From Rhizophagus irregularis (lineage: Eukaryota): 64,000 nucleotides of DNA. The stretch spans positions 806,001-870,000 of the forward strand of contig NC_089432.1 of NCBI RefSeq assembly GCF_026210795.1. Direction: 5' to 3'. The notes beneath the pieces were generated by a model that was not told where the DNA came from, made no database searches, and saw only the letters and a program-made list of their open reading frames with translations. Positions within the stretch are counted from its first letter, which is position 1, and every line of letters starts with the position of its first letter. The position numbers and the translations under genes are program-made. Of the stretch, positions 1 to 14,043 are shown piece by piece.

Positions 1-164
1 CTGGAAATATTGTAGCACAATATAATATTGCTTTGATGTATGAATTTGGAAAAGGAATCGAAAAAGATATGAGTCAAGCAATTTATTGGTACAAAAAATC
101 TGCTGAACAAGGAGATAAATATTCAAAAATTAAACTAAAATCTCTTTCAAATGTATTAAATTAA
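1..164 (+). CDS. 3' end of a Sel1-like repeat protein (5' part outside the window)
   Basis: Frame from nt 3 reads GNIVAQYNIALMYEFGKGIEKDMSQAIYWYKKSAEQGDKYSKIKLKSLSNVLN*, the same terminal SLR unit as the other paralogs here. Confidence 0.85.
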   Translation, partial: GNIVAQYNIALMYEFGKGIEKDMSQAIYWYKKSAEQGDKYSKIKLKSLSNVLN

Positions 165-604
165 TTTAGTATTTAAAGTAGTTATATATGTAATTACAAA
201 TTTATAAAATTATACATAATAGGAAAATCTAAATATTCTATATGTGTGATTAAAATTATTATTTGGTACATTAAATTAAAGTGAACTTAGGAAAAGAAAT
301 GCCTTATTTCTAAAGGATAAAAATTAAGATAATTAATTATAAATGGTTTTTGTTGATTTAATAAACATTATGATGTAGTTTTCCATAAATGACTTCTAAT
401 CAACCAATCATTTGTCATTATTTTGATTTTGATTGGTTGGCATAATATCACGTGATATAATTAGGCCAAGTATAATGTAGGCCGGAATTATATAGTGTTG
501 ACCAGCCTTAATCTCAAATCGGTTTTGGCTACGAAAATGATCGATCACGTGAATTTCGCTGCCTCACGTGACTTAAAGCTAACGATCATTTCCACATTAT
601 TTGC

Positions 605-926
605 TAGTGCTTCGATCCGTGTACGGATTGATCCGGATTGATCCGGATTAAATCAAAAATCCGGATGTAATCCGCGGTTTGAACCGGATTTCGTCAGATC
701 CATCCGGATTGCCAGTTTTCGGATAACTTAAAATATTTCCGAAACCAATGATCAGAATTTAACAATTTAAGACATATTTGATAGTGCTTGACGGTGCGCA
801 TTTAATGGTAGGACTGGATTTTTTGAAATAATTTTTTTTATCCGGATTTTCGTTTAATAACAGTTTTCATCCGGATTAAATTGTTATTCAATCCGGATGA
901 CGGATTTCATCCGGATCGAAGCACTA
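605..926. mobile_element. hAT-type MITE
   Basis: TIR TAGTGCTTCGATCCG...CGGATCGAAGCACTA; perfect 8-bp TSD TTATTTGC (597-604, 927-934); internal ATCCGGAT repeats. Confidence 0.85.
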
Positions 927-1384
927 TTATTTGCTTTTATCGCTTTATAATTATGCACCATTATTCATATAATTTGCTGCGCCAATATCAAAGGTAAATG
1001 TGATAACACTGAAACGAGAAATATTATAAAAATTAATATTTTTATTACACGAATTTTCTCAATTTTAATAAATTGGATATAAAAGAAATAGACGAATAAC
1101 TAAAACTTAATGCAATATATACAAAAAATAGTTTATGATTGGTTAATCTTCATTTAGTATATTTTTTTTTAGATTATCTTATATATATGGTAAGATTTTT
1201 ACAAAAGATCGATCAGTTTCACGATTTTAGTGCTTACCAATATCGAACAGGCATAAAGTAATTTTTAAATATGAAAGAAAATATTTAATGGTTGGATGCA
1301 TACTGTTATATCTCTCTATCTTTAAAATACTATACAGCAGTTATTGATTATAATGTAATAAAATCAGATTTATTTAATATTAGA

Positions 1385-1800
1385 TAAGTCATAAAAAAAA
1401 AAGAATTATTTAAATTACAAACTAAGAAACCTGTAAACTTTTACTACTCTAGTCTTAGTGTTTAAATAATCCTAAAAAAAAGAAAGAATACATATTGGAT
1501 AAATCATAAAAAAAAAAGAATTATTTAAATTACAAACTAAGAAAATTGTAAAATATTTTACTACTCTAGTCTTAGTGTTTAAATAATTCTTGAAAAAAAA
1601 AAAAATCAAAAATAACTTCTGTTAAATGTATAGTATCACATATAACATAGTAGAATAGTGTTGTAAAGTTTTAAAATTCGTAAATTTAATAAAATAATTT
1701 TTATCTATTTCCGATATCTAAATAATTAAACAAATTACTTTATATAAAAAAATTAACTTTTTTGTACATACAGTATTATATACTTACTCAATGACTACAT
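1385..1800. repeat. Duplicated 3' flank shared by the two minus-strand kinase genes (other copy ~15890-16280), with an internal ~120-bp tandem duplication
   Basis: CTACTCTAGTCTTAGTGTTTAAATAAT and CATAAAAAAAAAAGAATTATTTAAATTACA occur twice here and recur at 15.9-16.1 kb; TACATACAGTATTATATAC is also shared. Confidence 0.8.
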
Positions 1801-1804
1801 GTCT

Positions 1805-4800
1805 TTAAATCATACAATCTTCAAAACTTTCACTAGCAAAACTAAGTAAGCCACTACAATCCAAGCAATCAGAGTTTTGATCTAAAATTTTGGTAGTTAA
1901 ACGGTTTGTATAATATGCTTGTGGACGAAATTGTATAATAGAAGTTTCAGTTTGTTCTTGCAATAAAGCTTTATTGGCTTTTACAAATTCTTCTATAACA
2001 TTTCTGTTTTGGTCCATATTAATACTAGTTATAGAATATTCACTATTTTCTTCATTCACTTCATAATATTCATTAACACATATAAGCCATTTAGATATAA
2101 TATTTTCAAGATCTCCTATAGTTGGTCTTTTAAAAGGGTCCGAATTCCAACATTTTTTCATTAAATCTATATAACATTTTGGAGTACTTTTTATAATTTC
2201 AGGACGTTCTCCTTCACAAATATCTATAATGAGTTGATGATCATGTACTTTATTATTAAATGGAGGAACACCTGACGTAAATTCCCACATTATCATTGAG
2301 AAGCTATAGATATCACTTGCTTGAACATAAGGTTGGTTTCTTAATGCTTCAGGTGCTATATACGGTATAATTCCATAAATTTTGTCAATTTCATTTTGTA
2401 ATGAGTCTTTTACGAGTTTACACAATCCTAGATCAATAATATATGTTTCAAAATTATCTGATATTAAAACATTACCATCATGAAGGTCACAATGAATAAG
2501 ATTTGATTCATGTATTGTCTTAAGTCCCAAAATAATATTTTTTAGTAATTGTAATTTGTATTGCCATTTAATTTTAGCTATGTCAGATAAACATTTTCTT
2601 AAACTTCCTTTTTTTGCATAACTCATTACTATTATATAATTTAAATTATTTGGGTCTTGAGTAATCCCAAAAATTTGAATAAATTTTGAAAATGATTTTT
2701 TCTGACAATTATAATGATATTTCCACTATATAAGTGATTAAAAAAATCATTAGTTTTAATAAATAAAAGAAAAAATAAAATAAAATTTACCTCACTTAAA
2801 AATCTATCAAAATTTGATGAATTATTAAAACATTTAAGAACAACTTCATAATTTGGTAGCCTATTCCACTGTTGTTTATTAAAATTCCAACTATTAATAG
2901 GACCATCTAGCCAAATAGCTTTATGGATTTCACTAAATCCACCTTTATCATAATAACTAATATTTTTCAATCTATTATAAGATATCCACTCTAAAACTTC
3001 ATAACTATTTTTAGCATTTAGTTGTGCTTCTTGAATAAATTCATCAATAAACTTGTTTTTACTTGTCCAACTTAAAAAATATTGTTGAAATTGTCTAGTA
3101 TTACATTTTTGACACCAATAGTAATCAGTAAATGGTTGTTTACATTCTTTACATAATTTATTACCATAAAAATTTTTAAGAATTATTTTATCATTTTCTG
3201 CTACTTTTTGATACCAATAAAAGGCTTTTTCTAAATTCTTTTCCGTTCCTTTACCATCATAATAACATCTAGCTAAATTAATTTGTGATTCTTTAACACC
3301 ATTTTCTGCTGCTTTTTGATACCAATGAAAGGCATCTTTTAGATTCTTTTTTGTTACTGTACCATAGTAATAACTTAAACCTAAATTAAATTGTGCTTCT
3401 TTAACACCATTTTCTGCTGCTTTATAATCCCAATAAAAGGCCTTCTTTAGATCCTTTTTTACTCCTTCACCATTAGTATAACAACCAGCTAAACTGTTCA
3501 TTGCATATTTATTACCATTTTCTGCTGCTTTTTGATACCAATAAAAGGCTTTTTCTAGATTTTTTTCTGTTTCTTTACTATTTCTATAATAGTTGGCTAA
3601 AGTATATTGTGCATTTTCTTCACCATTTTCTGCTGCTTTTTGACGCCAATAAAAGCCTTTTTCTAAACTCTTTCCTGTTCCTATACCATTATAATAAAAT
3701 ATAGCTAAATTAATTTGTGATTCTTTAACACCATTTTCTGCTGCTTTTTGATACCAATAAAAGGCTTTTTCTAGACTCTTTTCTGTTCCTTCACCATGTT
3801 CATAATGTATGGCTAGATTAAACATTGCTTCTTTAACATCATTTTCTGCTGCTTTGTAATACCAGTAAAAGGCTTTTTCCAATTTTTTTTCTGTTCCTTT
3901 ACCAGTTTTAAAACAATTGGCTAAATCACATTGTGCACTTTTATTACCATTTTCAGCTGCTCTTTGATACCAATAAACAGCTTTTTCTAGATTCTTTTCT
4001 GTTCCTTCACCATTGTAAAAATGTGTAGCTAAACTATTCATTGCACTTTTATGATCATTTTCTGCTGCTTTTTGATACCAATAAAAGGCCTTTTCTAAAT
4101 TATTTTCTATTCCTTTACCATTTTTATAATATAAAGCTAAACTGTTCATTGCATTTTTATCACCATTTTCTGCTGATTTCTGAAACCAATAAAAGGCTTT
4201 TTCATGATTCTTTTCTGTTCCTTCACCATTGTAATAATGTATAGCTAAATTATGCATTGCATTTTTATTACCATTTTTTACTGCTTTTTGAAACCAATAA
4301 AAAGCTTTTTCTAGATTCTCTTCAATTCCTTCACCATTATAATAATGCATAGCTAAATTAGCCATTGCATTTTCATCACCATTATCTGCTGCTTTTTGAA
4401 ACCAATAAAAGGCTTTTTCTAGATTCTTTTCTGTTCCTTCACCATTATGATAACATGCAGCAAAATTAAATATTGCATTATCGTTACCATTTTCAACTGC
4501 TTTTTGACACCAATAAAAGGCTTTTTTTTGATTCATTCCTATTCCTTTACCATTATGATAACATTTGGCCAAACCGTTCATTGCATCTTTAGAACCATTT
4601 TCTGCTGCCTTTTGATACCAATAGAAGGTTTTTTCTAGATTTTTTTCAGTTCCTTTACCAGTTTTAAAACATAAGGCTAAATTATATTGTGCATTTTTAT
4701 TACCATTTTCAGCTGCTCTTTGATACCAATAAACAGCTTTTTCTAGATTTTTTTCTGTTCCTTTACCATTTGCATAATATATGGCTAAAATGTTCATTGC

Positions 4801-6399
4801 ATCTTTATCACCATTTTCTGCTGCTTTTTGATACCAATAAAAAGCTTTTTCTAGATTCTTTTCTGTTCCTTCACCATTTTTATAACATGCAGCCAAATTA
4901 AATATTGCATTATTATTACCATTTTCAACTGCTTTTTGACACCAATAAAAGGCTTTTTCTAGATTTTTTTCTGTTCCTCTACCATTTGCATAATATATGG
5001 CTAAAATGTTCATTGCGTCTTTATCACCATTTTCTGCTGCTTTTTGATACCAATAAAAAGCTTTTTCTAGATTCTTTTCTGTTCCTTCACCATTTTTATA
5101 ACATGCAGCCAAATTAAATATTGCATTATCATTACCATTTTCAACTGCTTTTTGACACCAATAAAAGGCTTTTTCTAGATTTTTTTCTGTTCCTTTACCA
5201 TTTTTATAATGTATAGCTAATTTATTCATTGCATTTTTATCACCATTTTCTGCTGATTTTTGATACCAATTATAAGCTTTTTCTAGATTCTTTTCTGTTC
5301 CTTCACCATTTTTATAACATTTAGCTAAATTAAATTGGGCACTTTTACTACCATTTTTTACTGCTTTTTGAAACCAATAAAATGCTTTTTCTAAATTCTT
5401 TTCTGTTCCCTTACCAATGTAAAAATGTGCAGCTAGGCTATTCATTGCACTATTATGACCATTTTCTGCTGCTTTTTGATACCAATAAAAGGCTTTTTCT
5501 AGATCCTTTTTTATTCCTTCACCATTTTCAAAGCATACAGCTAAATTATTCATTGCAACTTCATTACCATTTTCTGCTGCTTTTTGATACCAATGAAATG
5601 CTTTTTCTAGATTCTTTTCTGTTCCTTTGCCATATTTAAAACACATGGCTAAATTATATTGTGCACTTTTATTACCATTTTCAGCTGCTTTTTGACACCA
5701 ATAAACAGCTTTTTCTAGATTCTTTTCTGTTACTTCACCATCTTTATAACATATAGCTAAACTGTTCATTGCATCTTTATTACCATTTTCTGCTGCTTTT
5801 TGATACCAATAAAAGGATTTTTCTAGATTCTTTTCTATTCCTTTGCCCTTTTCATAATATATTGCTAAATTATATTGTGCATCTATATGACCATTTTCTG
5901 CTGCTTTTTGGAACCAATAAAAGGCTTTTTTCAAATTCTTTTCTGTTTCTTCACTATTGCAATAATATACAGCTAAATTGTATATAGCCTTTGTATTACC
6001 ATTTTCTGCAGCTTTTTGAAACCAATAAAAGGCTTTTTCTAGATTCTTTTCTGTTCCTTTACCATTTGCATAATATATGGCTAAAATGTTCATTGCATCT
6101 TTATCACCATTTTTGGCTGCTTTTTGATACCAATAAAAAGCTTTTTCTAAATTCTTTTCTGTTCCTTTACCATCTTCATAACATAAAGCTAAACTGTTCA
6201 TTGCATTTTTATTATTACCATTTTCTGCTACCTTTTGATACCAATAAAAGGCCTTTTCTAGGTTCTTTTCTATTCCTTTACCATTTTCATAACATGCAGC
6301 TAAGGCAAATTGTGCAATTTCATCGCCATTTTCTGCTGCTTTTTGATAGCAATAAAAGGTTTCTTTTAACAAATCAATATTAACACTTGAATCACTCAT
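1805..6399 (-). CDS. Sel1-repeat (~29 units) + protein kinase, about 1509 aa; exons 6399-2791 and 2725-1805
   Basis: The two track ORFs join through a 65-nt GT-AG intron (2790-2726), giving ...FLSE|WKYHYNCQ...IVMSYAKKG. 36-aa SLR units; kinase motifs DKGGFSEI, VVLK, HCDLHDGN, DLG, APE, DIYSF. Confidence 0.9.
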
Positions 6400-7639
6400 A
6401 TTAGTGAGACTGAGTTACTATTATTGAGGCAATAAGTTGTCAATTTAATAATTTTTTTTCATTTATTTGAATTTGGATTTCTTTTAATAATTAAGAATAA
6501 AAAACAATGTATAGTCCTTTATGTAATCCGTATATATATGGAAATTATATGTTTACATTTAGAATTAGGTTTGTGTAATGGCGTTTGATGTATCATGTGA
6601 GAATGTCACATTTATTCTTAAACATGAAATCCAGATTATCTGTGTAACAGGCATGCATCAGGAAGTCACGAGAAAAATGTTCATCACATGTATATTTTTG
6701 CATTATTTTAAATGTACATGTAATATTTAACGTTAATGAACATCATCAATGAGATTTTTATCAAATGGCACTGAGTGAATAAATTTATATGTATTTGAAA
6801 ATAAAATTTTAAATTAGCTTATAGGTGCGGTCGGAATTGCCAAATTGAAATTATGGCATTACGAAATATGGATTTTACCATTTAAAATATATAACAAAAC
6901 ATCAAGATTATCAGATTTACGGATTACAAATTATCTATGCCCATAATCAAAAAAAAATTTTACTTTCTTTGTGTAATTTTTGTATATTTGGCATTAAATA
7001 ATTATGACATTACGGCGATTTAATATATTACGGTATAAGCTTCATATGTATGGCAAGCCGAGTTGGACTAAACTATCAGGCATTGGGCGGATGAAAAATA
7101 AAGCATGGATTGACAAATGTTACACTGTGCCTGACATTTTATCTGTTGTAAGACCTAAGCCCGTATAACAATACGTTTGCCACCTTAGGACTTAACAAAA
7201 TAATACTTTATTAATAATATAAACAAATACAATATATGCTTGGTTTAACAATACTAAATATTATCCTAAAATAAATCTCTAAATTCGTATCCTAGAATTT
7301 AATCTTCAAATTAATTCACGAAATTCGTAACTTGAAATTTTATCAGTCAAATTTGGTTCCTTTTTGTATTTTTCTAACTCTTAGCAGCACCCATTCCTTA
7401 ACAATTCAAGTATACTTTCTTCATGTATCAACAATTACACAAATCCGTAGTTACTCCTTAAATTGATCATCAGAATTTTCTAAATTCTTAATTCCTAAAT
7501 TTACTAGTTTAACGTCATCTCGTAACGTTACATTTGTAACGTCATACAATTTTAAAATACTAAAAATTCATACACTAATTTTAAATACGACATTACCCTT
7601 CATAATTAATAAATTTACTAGGTATATTACGGCATTACA

Positions 7640-7760
7640 GTGTTCATGCTTGATATTCATCTGTCCGTGCTTGATATTTATCTATCACGTGCTTGATATT
7701 TTTATTTGTACGTGCTTGATGGTTTTATTTGACCATGCTTGACGTCTGTGCTTGATGTTT
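7640..7760. repeat. Short degenerate tandem repeat (~22 bp, GTGCTTGAT core)
   Basis: About six copies of (G/A)TGCTTGA at near-regular spacing. Confidence 0.6.
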
Positions 7761-7899
7761 TTGTCCAACTGTGTTTGATTTAATCCAACTATACTCAATA
7801 ATTTTATCTTTGTCAAAAATTAGTTTCTTTGACAGCACAGGCTGTCGATCACATGTTTTTAAGTTTAGGTAGTATTAAAATTTTTTTTTTTTATAAATT

Positions 7900-8800
7900 T
7901 TGTAGAGAATTTTTATTTTTAATATAGGAAAGGCTTTGTTTGATAGAATTTCTTTGGGAATTTTTTTAAATAAAAAGATTTTTTTCGATAAAAAATTTCG
8001 TTAGAAAATTTTTTCATTGGTAGGGACATTTCTGAGTTTTTTTTTGATGGATAATTTCGTTAAAAACTTTTATTTGATAGAAATTTCAATTGGAGAATTT
8101 TTTTTTAATAAGATTTTTTTTTCTTAATTTGTTGGAACAATTTTTTTAACAGGAGGGATATTTTTTTTTGATAGAGAATATATTGAGAATTTTTTTTTTT
8201 TGTAGAAAATTATTTGATAGATAATTTCGTTAGAAAATTTTTTTAACAAGTGAGATTTTTTTTTGATAGAGAATTTCGTTAAAAATTTTTTTTAATAGGA
8301 GGGAGTTTCCTTGATAAAGAATTTCTTTTGAGAATTTTTTTAATAGGTGAAAGTAATTTTTGACGGAGAATTTTATTAGAGAATTTTTTTAATAGGGGGA
8401 TTGTTTTTGATAGAGAATTTCATTAAAGAATTTTTCTTTAATAGGTTTCGCTGAGAATTTTTTTTTTTTTTGATAGAAATTTCATCATAGAATTTTTTTT
8501 TAATAGGTAAGAATTTTTTTTTGATAGATCATTTCGTTAGTGTAAATTTTTTTAACATGGGAGATTTTTTTTTTTGATAGAGAATTTCGGTAAAGAATTT
8601 TTTTTTTAATAGAAGGGAATTTTTTTTTATATAGTAATTCTTTTGAGAATTTTTTTAATAGGGGAAATGTGTTTTTGATGGAAGATTTTGTTAGAAATTT
8701 GATATTTTTTTTGATTGAGAATTTCATTAGAGAATTGCTGATTGAAAATTTTATTTATTTTTTTGATGGAGAATTTTGTTAGAGATCTTTTTTTTTATAA
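7900..8800. repeat. Degenerate T-rich minisatellite (~55-60 bp unit)
   Basis: Recurring TTTTTGATAGAGAATTTCGTTAGAAAATTTTTTTAATAGG-like units. Confidence 0.7.
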
Positions 8801-8859
8801 AAAATTGATTGAAAATTTATTGGAAAATTTTTATTAAATTTTACAATTTTAATAAATTT

Positions 8860-9170
8860 TTACTCCTCTTCATCTTCCCATCATTTCTTTTCATCTCCCA
8901 TCGCTCCTTTTCGTCTCCCATCACTCCTTTTCGTCTCCCATCACTTCTTTTCGTCTCCCACCACTCCTCTTCATCTTCCCATTACTTCTTTTTGTCTCTT
9001 ATCACTCCTTTTCATCTCTCCGGATATGGAATATGCGGTAGGTGTTGTTTAGTGAGTGTGTGTCTGTGTAATGGTGTTATAAAACATCATTAACGCTATT
9101 TCTCTCTCTTTTTTTAGTTAAAGCTCAAGTCCAGCTCGAGCCAGCTCGAGTCAGCTCAAGTCCAGCTCAA
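8860..9170. repeat. 20-bp pyrimidine-rich tandem repeat (TCACTCCTTTTCGTCTCCCA) followed by AGCTC(A/G)AG repeats
   Basis: About 7-8 copies of the 20-mer at 8860-9020 and about 5 AGCTC(A/G)A units at 9121-9170. Confidence 0.7.
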
Positions 9171-9837
9171 CAAATTGGCAGTCGCAATGTAGCATATAAA
9201 AGTGAAGATACACTATGACGAAAGCAATAGAAAAATCTATTAAAGAGAATGACTTAGAAAATTTATGGATATATCAAATATAAAAGAAAACTTCAATTTT
9301 TTTCCATCGAACGATAGTCCAATCGTCGAAACATCATGCTGAGACGAACTATCCCACGGGAAATGATATAAAAGGCAAGATTGTGAAGATGAGCCGATGA
9401 GTCATAAGAAGATTATAGACAAAACAGAAGAAAATTATGATGGTACGTTACACAAGATAGGATAAGATGTTTAGAATGAATCTGCAAAAATTAAAGGATG
9501 ATAACAAAGGATATTGAAATAGAGAAACAGAATTTAAGGACTTATTTAGTGAATCATACAAAGGTATAAAAAGAAAGAAATATTGAGGCAATTTATTACA
9601 AAATTATAAATTTGAAAAATTACAAAAACAGTAAGATTTAGATAGATTTGTGACCCTAGATAGCGCCACAACCCTAGTAGGCATACCATGGAGGTGATGC
9701 TTTTTGATTATAGAAGTTGGTTGTACAACTATGATTATTAAAAAAAAAATTGGATAGTTTTTGTTTGTTGAAAAAATTTTTTTGTGACGGTACATCCGCC
9801 TCTTTTTAAATTTCAAATAAAAGTACAAAAGTAGTTA

Positions 9838-10271
9838 CAGTAAGCCCTTTCTATAGCGAATTTTGATATAACGAATTTCACAATATAACGAATCTTTAGC
9901 GTGGTACCCGAATTTCACTAATAAAATGCAGTATAACGTTTAACGAAGAAAAACTTATAAATTCACAGATGTAAGTGACCTCTTTCATAACGAATTTCTT
10001 TTAAACCGAATTTTTTTTTTATTATAACAAAGATTTTTGCAAGATAAATTTTGTTATACAATAAACAATTTTACCACTTTTAATTCATTTTATCAAAAGA
10101 TGGATAATTTATGTTTCGAGAGTTTCCTTTGCCACGTTCTACGAATGTTCTATTTTACTGCATTATGCCAAATTTCCACTATACCGAATAATTCGTTATA
10201 GGCTTATAATATTAACGAATTTTCTCATAACGAAAGCTTGATCGGCCCGGACGCCTACTTCAGGGCCGACT
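9838..10271. mobile_element. Tc1/mariner (pogo-like) MITE
   Basis: TA|CAGTAAGCCCT...AGGGCCGACTG|TA imperfect TIR with TA flanks; internal TAACGAA repeats. Confidence 0.6.
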
Positions 10272-12507
10272 GTATTATTGTGTTTTATTTATTTTACCAT
10301 TGGTGGTTTGTTTTTTATATTTTTTTTATGCAAAAGTTTAGAGCATAGTTTTGGTACTTTGGTCAAAGTATACCGTTCTTCTTGATAAAACCTAAAAAAA
10401 ATTTTTTTTTACAAAAAAATCAAATACACAATAAAATGAATTCATTCTCGTCTCAAAAAACTCTTAAAATTTCTATTCTTAATTCAAATTACACAAATTA
10501 CACAAATTACATTTTTTTTTACATAAAAAATCAAAAACTCTAAACAAAAAATAATAAAATCAATCAAAATTCCTTAACCAATTCGCCCAAAAATTGTATG
10601 AGGGCAATATAGATTTGGAAACTTGAAAACTATATGGAGACCAAATAAAGTTATTTAATGGGTACGGATTATGATATATATCATTTTCATTGAATTTAGC
10701 TTATATATTTGTGAAGAAAATTTCGTATCTACGCCTTTATTAATAATCAATTATTAAGAAAATTTCACATATCACGCTTCTCCATTACTCCTTCCTAATA
10801 ATAAAAAATCAAATACCCTGATTTTTACAACTTTCTAGTAATAAAACTTACAACTTCCACACTCTCCAAATAATACTTATTTACTGTATTTACTCTATAA
10901 TGTTTAATAGAAAATTACATAAAATTTTCACTCATATCTTTATTTGTTTTGTTAACTTTTTATATTCTAAAAGTATGAAATATTTTAAAGTTTGAAATTC
11001 TTTTTCGATTATTAAAATAAAGATGCGATAAAATTTTTTCTAAGATATTACGCAAAATAAGTGGTAATAATTACATGTGGGGTAGAAAAAATCAAAAACG
11101 ATACACTTTTGTTTAATTTCAAAAATGCATGTTACCAAACAAAAAAAGTTTATGGACACAAAAATGTAGTGGCATAACAACAAACACCATACTTGTTTCG
11201 GAACTTCTAAAAACCAATCGGATATTGAGGCTTTTTCATAAAGTCAATCTTCATGTGGCAAAGATTTATCGGGTAAATCTAAAATCCACAGCCAACAAAA
11301 AAGGATGATCATAATAAGCCTATCATACTATAAAAAGAGAAGTCTTCAAAGAAATACTTGAACCCGGAAAAAAGTAAAGCCAATATCCGAAGCATCTTGA
11401 TATATGATATCCCGGACGCGCAATACCAAATGATACACACCACAATCGTTCACTGTTCACAGTTGGCTCTCAGGCAAATATAACCTCCCAGAACGAAAAC
11501 AATGTGAAATCAAGAGAACACACACAAATTTCGTTAACCTTCTATACAAAAAGTTTTGAAGTTGTCGAAATGCCGATGAAAGAGGAACATATGTTGATGA
11601 GGCATTTCAATAAATATGAGCTCTCAATACCAGCTTGAACAAGGGAATTACCAACTAAATTAAACCTACGTCTATCTCTGGCAAATTTAAATCTATCAAT
11701 GCTAGAATTTTGCCTTATATCGTCGGATAGACCATCTAATTGATTAGGTTTAGGATTATTAATTGGGTTCTCCCTTCTTGTTCTTCGCGACAGAGCCTTT
11801 TTTGTTATCATTTTATATCGAAGGTCATTACGAAAAGTCTGGAGTATTTTTATTTTTTTCCTTTTCTTTTTTGGTTGGAACCAATAAATTAACCGATTAA
11901 GACAGTAAAAATTGGTTAATCGATTAAAGTTATAATTTTGTCAAATTATTTAACGCGGCTCGGAGATTTGTAAATTTAGATCACGTGTTCTCTGAGAATT
12001 TTTATTAATTTATTACTGTAATAAGGTAATAAAGCCCTACAACTAAGTATATGAGTCAAAACAAATTATTTGCTGTCAAAAAATTAGATTAATTTAACCG
12101 GTTAAAGCTTTATATCATTAACTGATTTCATGGCTTATTCAAATGATATGCTGTTGATTCGGAGTCAACTGAGGATAAAATAAAATAATAAGATCGTTAC
12201 GAATCTTAATTTATAAACAACAATAAAATAATGTTACATATATACTTTTATTTTTACTTTTAAATTTTTTGTTTTTTATAATAAAAAAAGATAAACCAAT
12301 TAATTATCAATTATTGATCGGTCAATTTATATTTGAATATAAATATTTTGTTTGTTCCAATTGAATAATAATCGTAAAAATCGCAATTTTTCCAATGCAT
12401 GATTAATAAGGATTGAAAAAGTTCGGGTTGAGTGACTTGAGTCGGTCGGTTTGGTACATTGGTAATCGGTTCCCAAATCAGTTTTACAGCTAATTTCAAA
12501 GAGGTTT

Positions 12508-12675
12508 GGGCACTTAGCAAAATTTAAAGAACTCGGAAATATTCGGTAAAGCCTAATATAAAATAAAAATCATAAGCTAATTTTGGAATATTGTCCCGAG
12601 AATGGTGTTATAATTTTATCTTATTTTGAGCTCTACCAAATATTTCCGAGTTCTTTAAAATTTGCTAAGTGTCCC
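12508..12675. mobile_element. MITE / foldback with ~45-bp TIR
   Basis: GGGCACTTAGCAAAATTTAAAGAACTCGGAAATATT versus AATATTTCCGAGTTCTTTAAAATTTGCTAAGTGTCCC. Confidence 0.75.
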
Positions 12676-14043
12676 GTACATTATGAAATCAGCTGTAATA
12701 AATTTTGATATATACTGACTCAAATCTAGATCGAAGTAATTATGGAACCGAACCGGTTTTTTTTGTTTGACTTTGCTCACTCGTTTTTTCGATAGTATCG
12801 GTACTGAATCGAGCGAGTCATCCCATCCCTAATAATTAACCAATTACCAATCGAAACGCTTTATTAATTTTCTAGTTTATAATGTCTATTTTATTATCTG
12901 AGTTTACATTGCAATTTAATTTTGAAATTTTTTTTTTTGTAATAATATTAAAGAAATCATATAAAAAGTATGGCAGATATTCAACTTTTTTGCGAATATT
13001 TGTCATAAATGATCCATGAAACCAAAAATTCTCTGTAAATATTGTATCGATAATTAGAGAAAAATTTATAAAAAATAACATTAGTGATAATTATGATTAT
13101 TCATTATTAATTTTACTTGCGATATCTTTTTTAAAGATTATATATAAGAACATGTACCGGAACATTCATATAAATATTTATTTTTTATGAAAGTATCAAC
13201 AAATTTTGACATTCATCTTTCTCATCAATGCGCGAAAGAATAGATGAAATCATCAAAAAAATTTAAATTAATAACGAAATAAACACTTTTTTGCTGGGCT
13301 CCAAATATTCTTAACATTATTAATACGTGACTATAAACTTTAATGAGCTGTCACAGTTTAGAATCATAACCTGCCGTAATGTTGCAATCATTTACGACCT
13401 AAGTGTCATAAAACGTAATTATGTAACTTGCAATATGTAAGCTTGATTTACGGTTTCGTTAGTATTGCAATCCAAAATGTCGTAATTATTACTTACGGTC
13501 AGAAATCTTAGTTCAAAGGAATGCATAAATCAAAATCAGATTTTTTGATATTTACCAAATTGGAAATCATCTATTAAAAAATTATTGAAGATTGGCAATT
13601 CATACGATTTTCACCAATCATTTATTTTCCGAATTTTCGTTCATGAATATAACTATAGAAAATTAATCCTGCGGTTGGTAAGAATTATGGTTTCAAATAT
13701 TTGATTTATTAATTATTCTTACATACATGTATTTTTAAATTTTCTTTATTAACATTTTAATTTTGTAAGATAAATTCTTGATGTTAAAAGCGATTAAGAC
13801 GAAAAAAAACTCGGAAAATATCTGACGGGTAATCTATTTGATGTACATTGTATCTGTAGGTTTAAATCGATTACACGTGATTTTTCGTTACGTACTCATG
13901 TTACTCTCACTTACTATAAAAGATTGATCGGTGGTTGCGTACAAATGATTTGTACTACAAATAAATAATGAGCCCGTTCAAACAAAGATTTTCCTTTTCT
14001 CCCTTTATTTTCTGTAGGAATATTATTATTCACAAATTATAAA

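Noticed and set aside
2641..2790. Hydrophobic C-terminus VNFILFFLLFIK of the 1252-aa ORF as a TM anchor
   Set aside because: It is read-through into the 2790-2726 intron.
3501..6383. Short plus-strand ORFs rich in F/L/H
   Set aside because: Antisense shadows of the Sel1 repeat array; the same applies to 51168-51383 and 59316-59600.
8500..9093. 75-aa and 94-aa ORFs
   Set aside because: They are translations of tandem repeats with no recognisable domain.
10600..11830. Possible decayed retroelement or gene, including ORF 11542-11811
   Set aside because: No motif I can identify with confidence.
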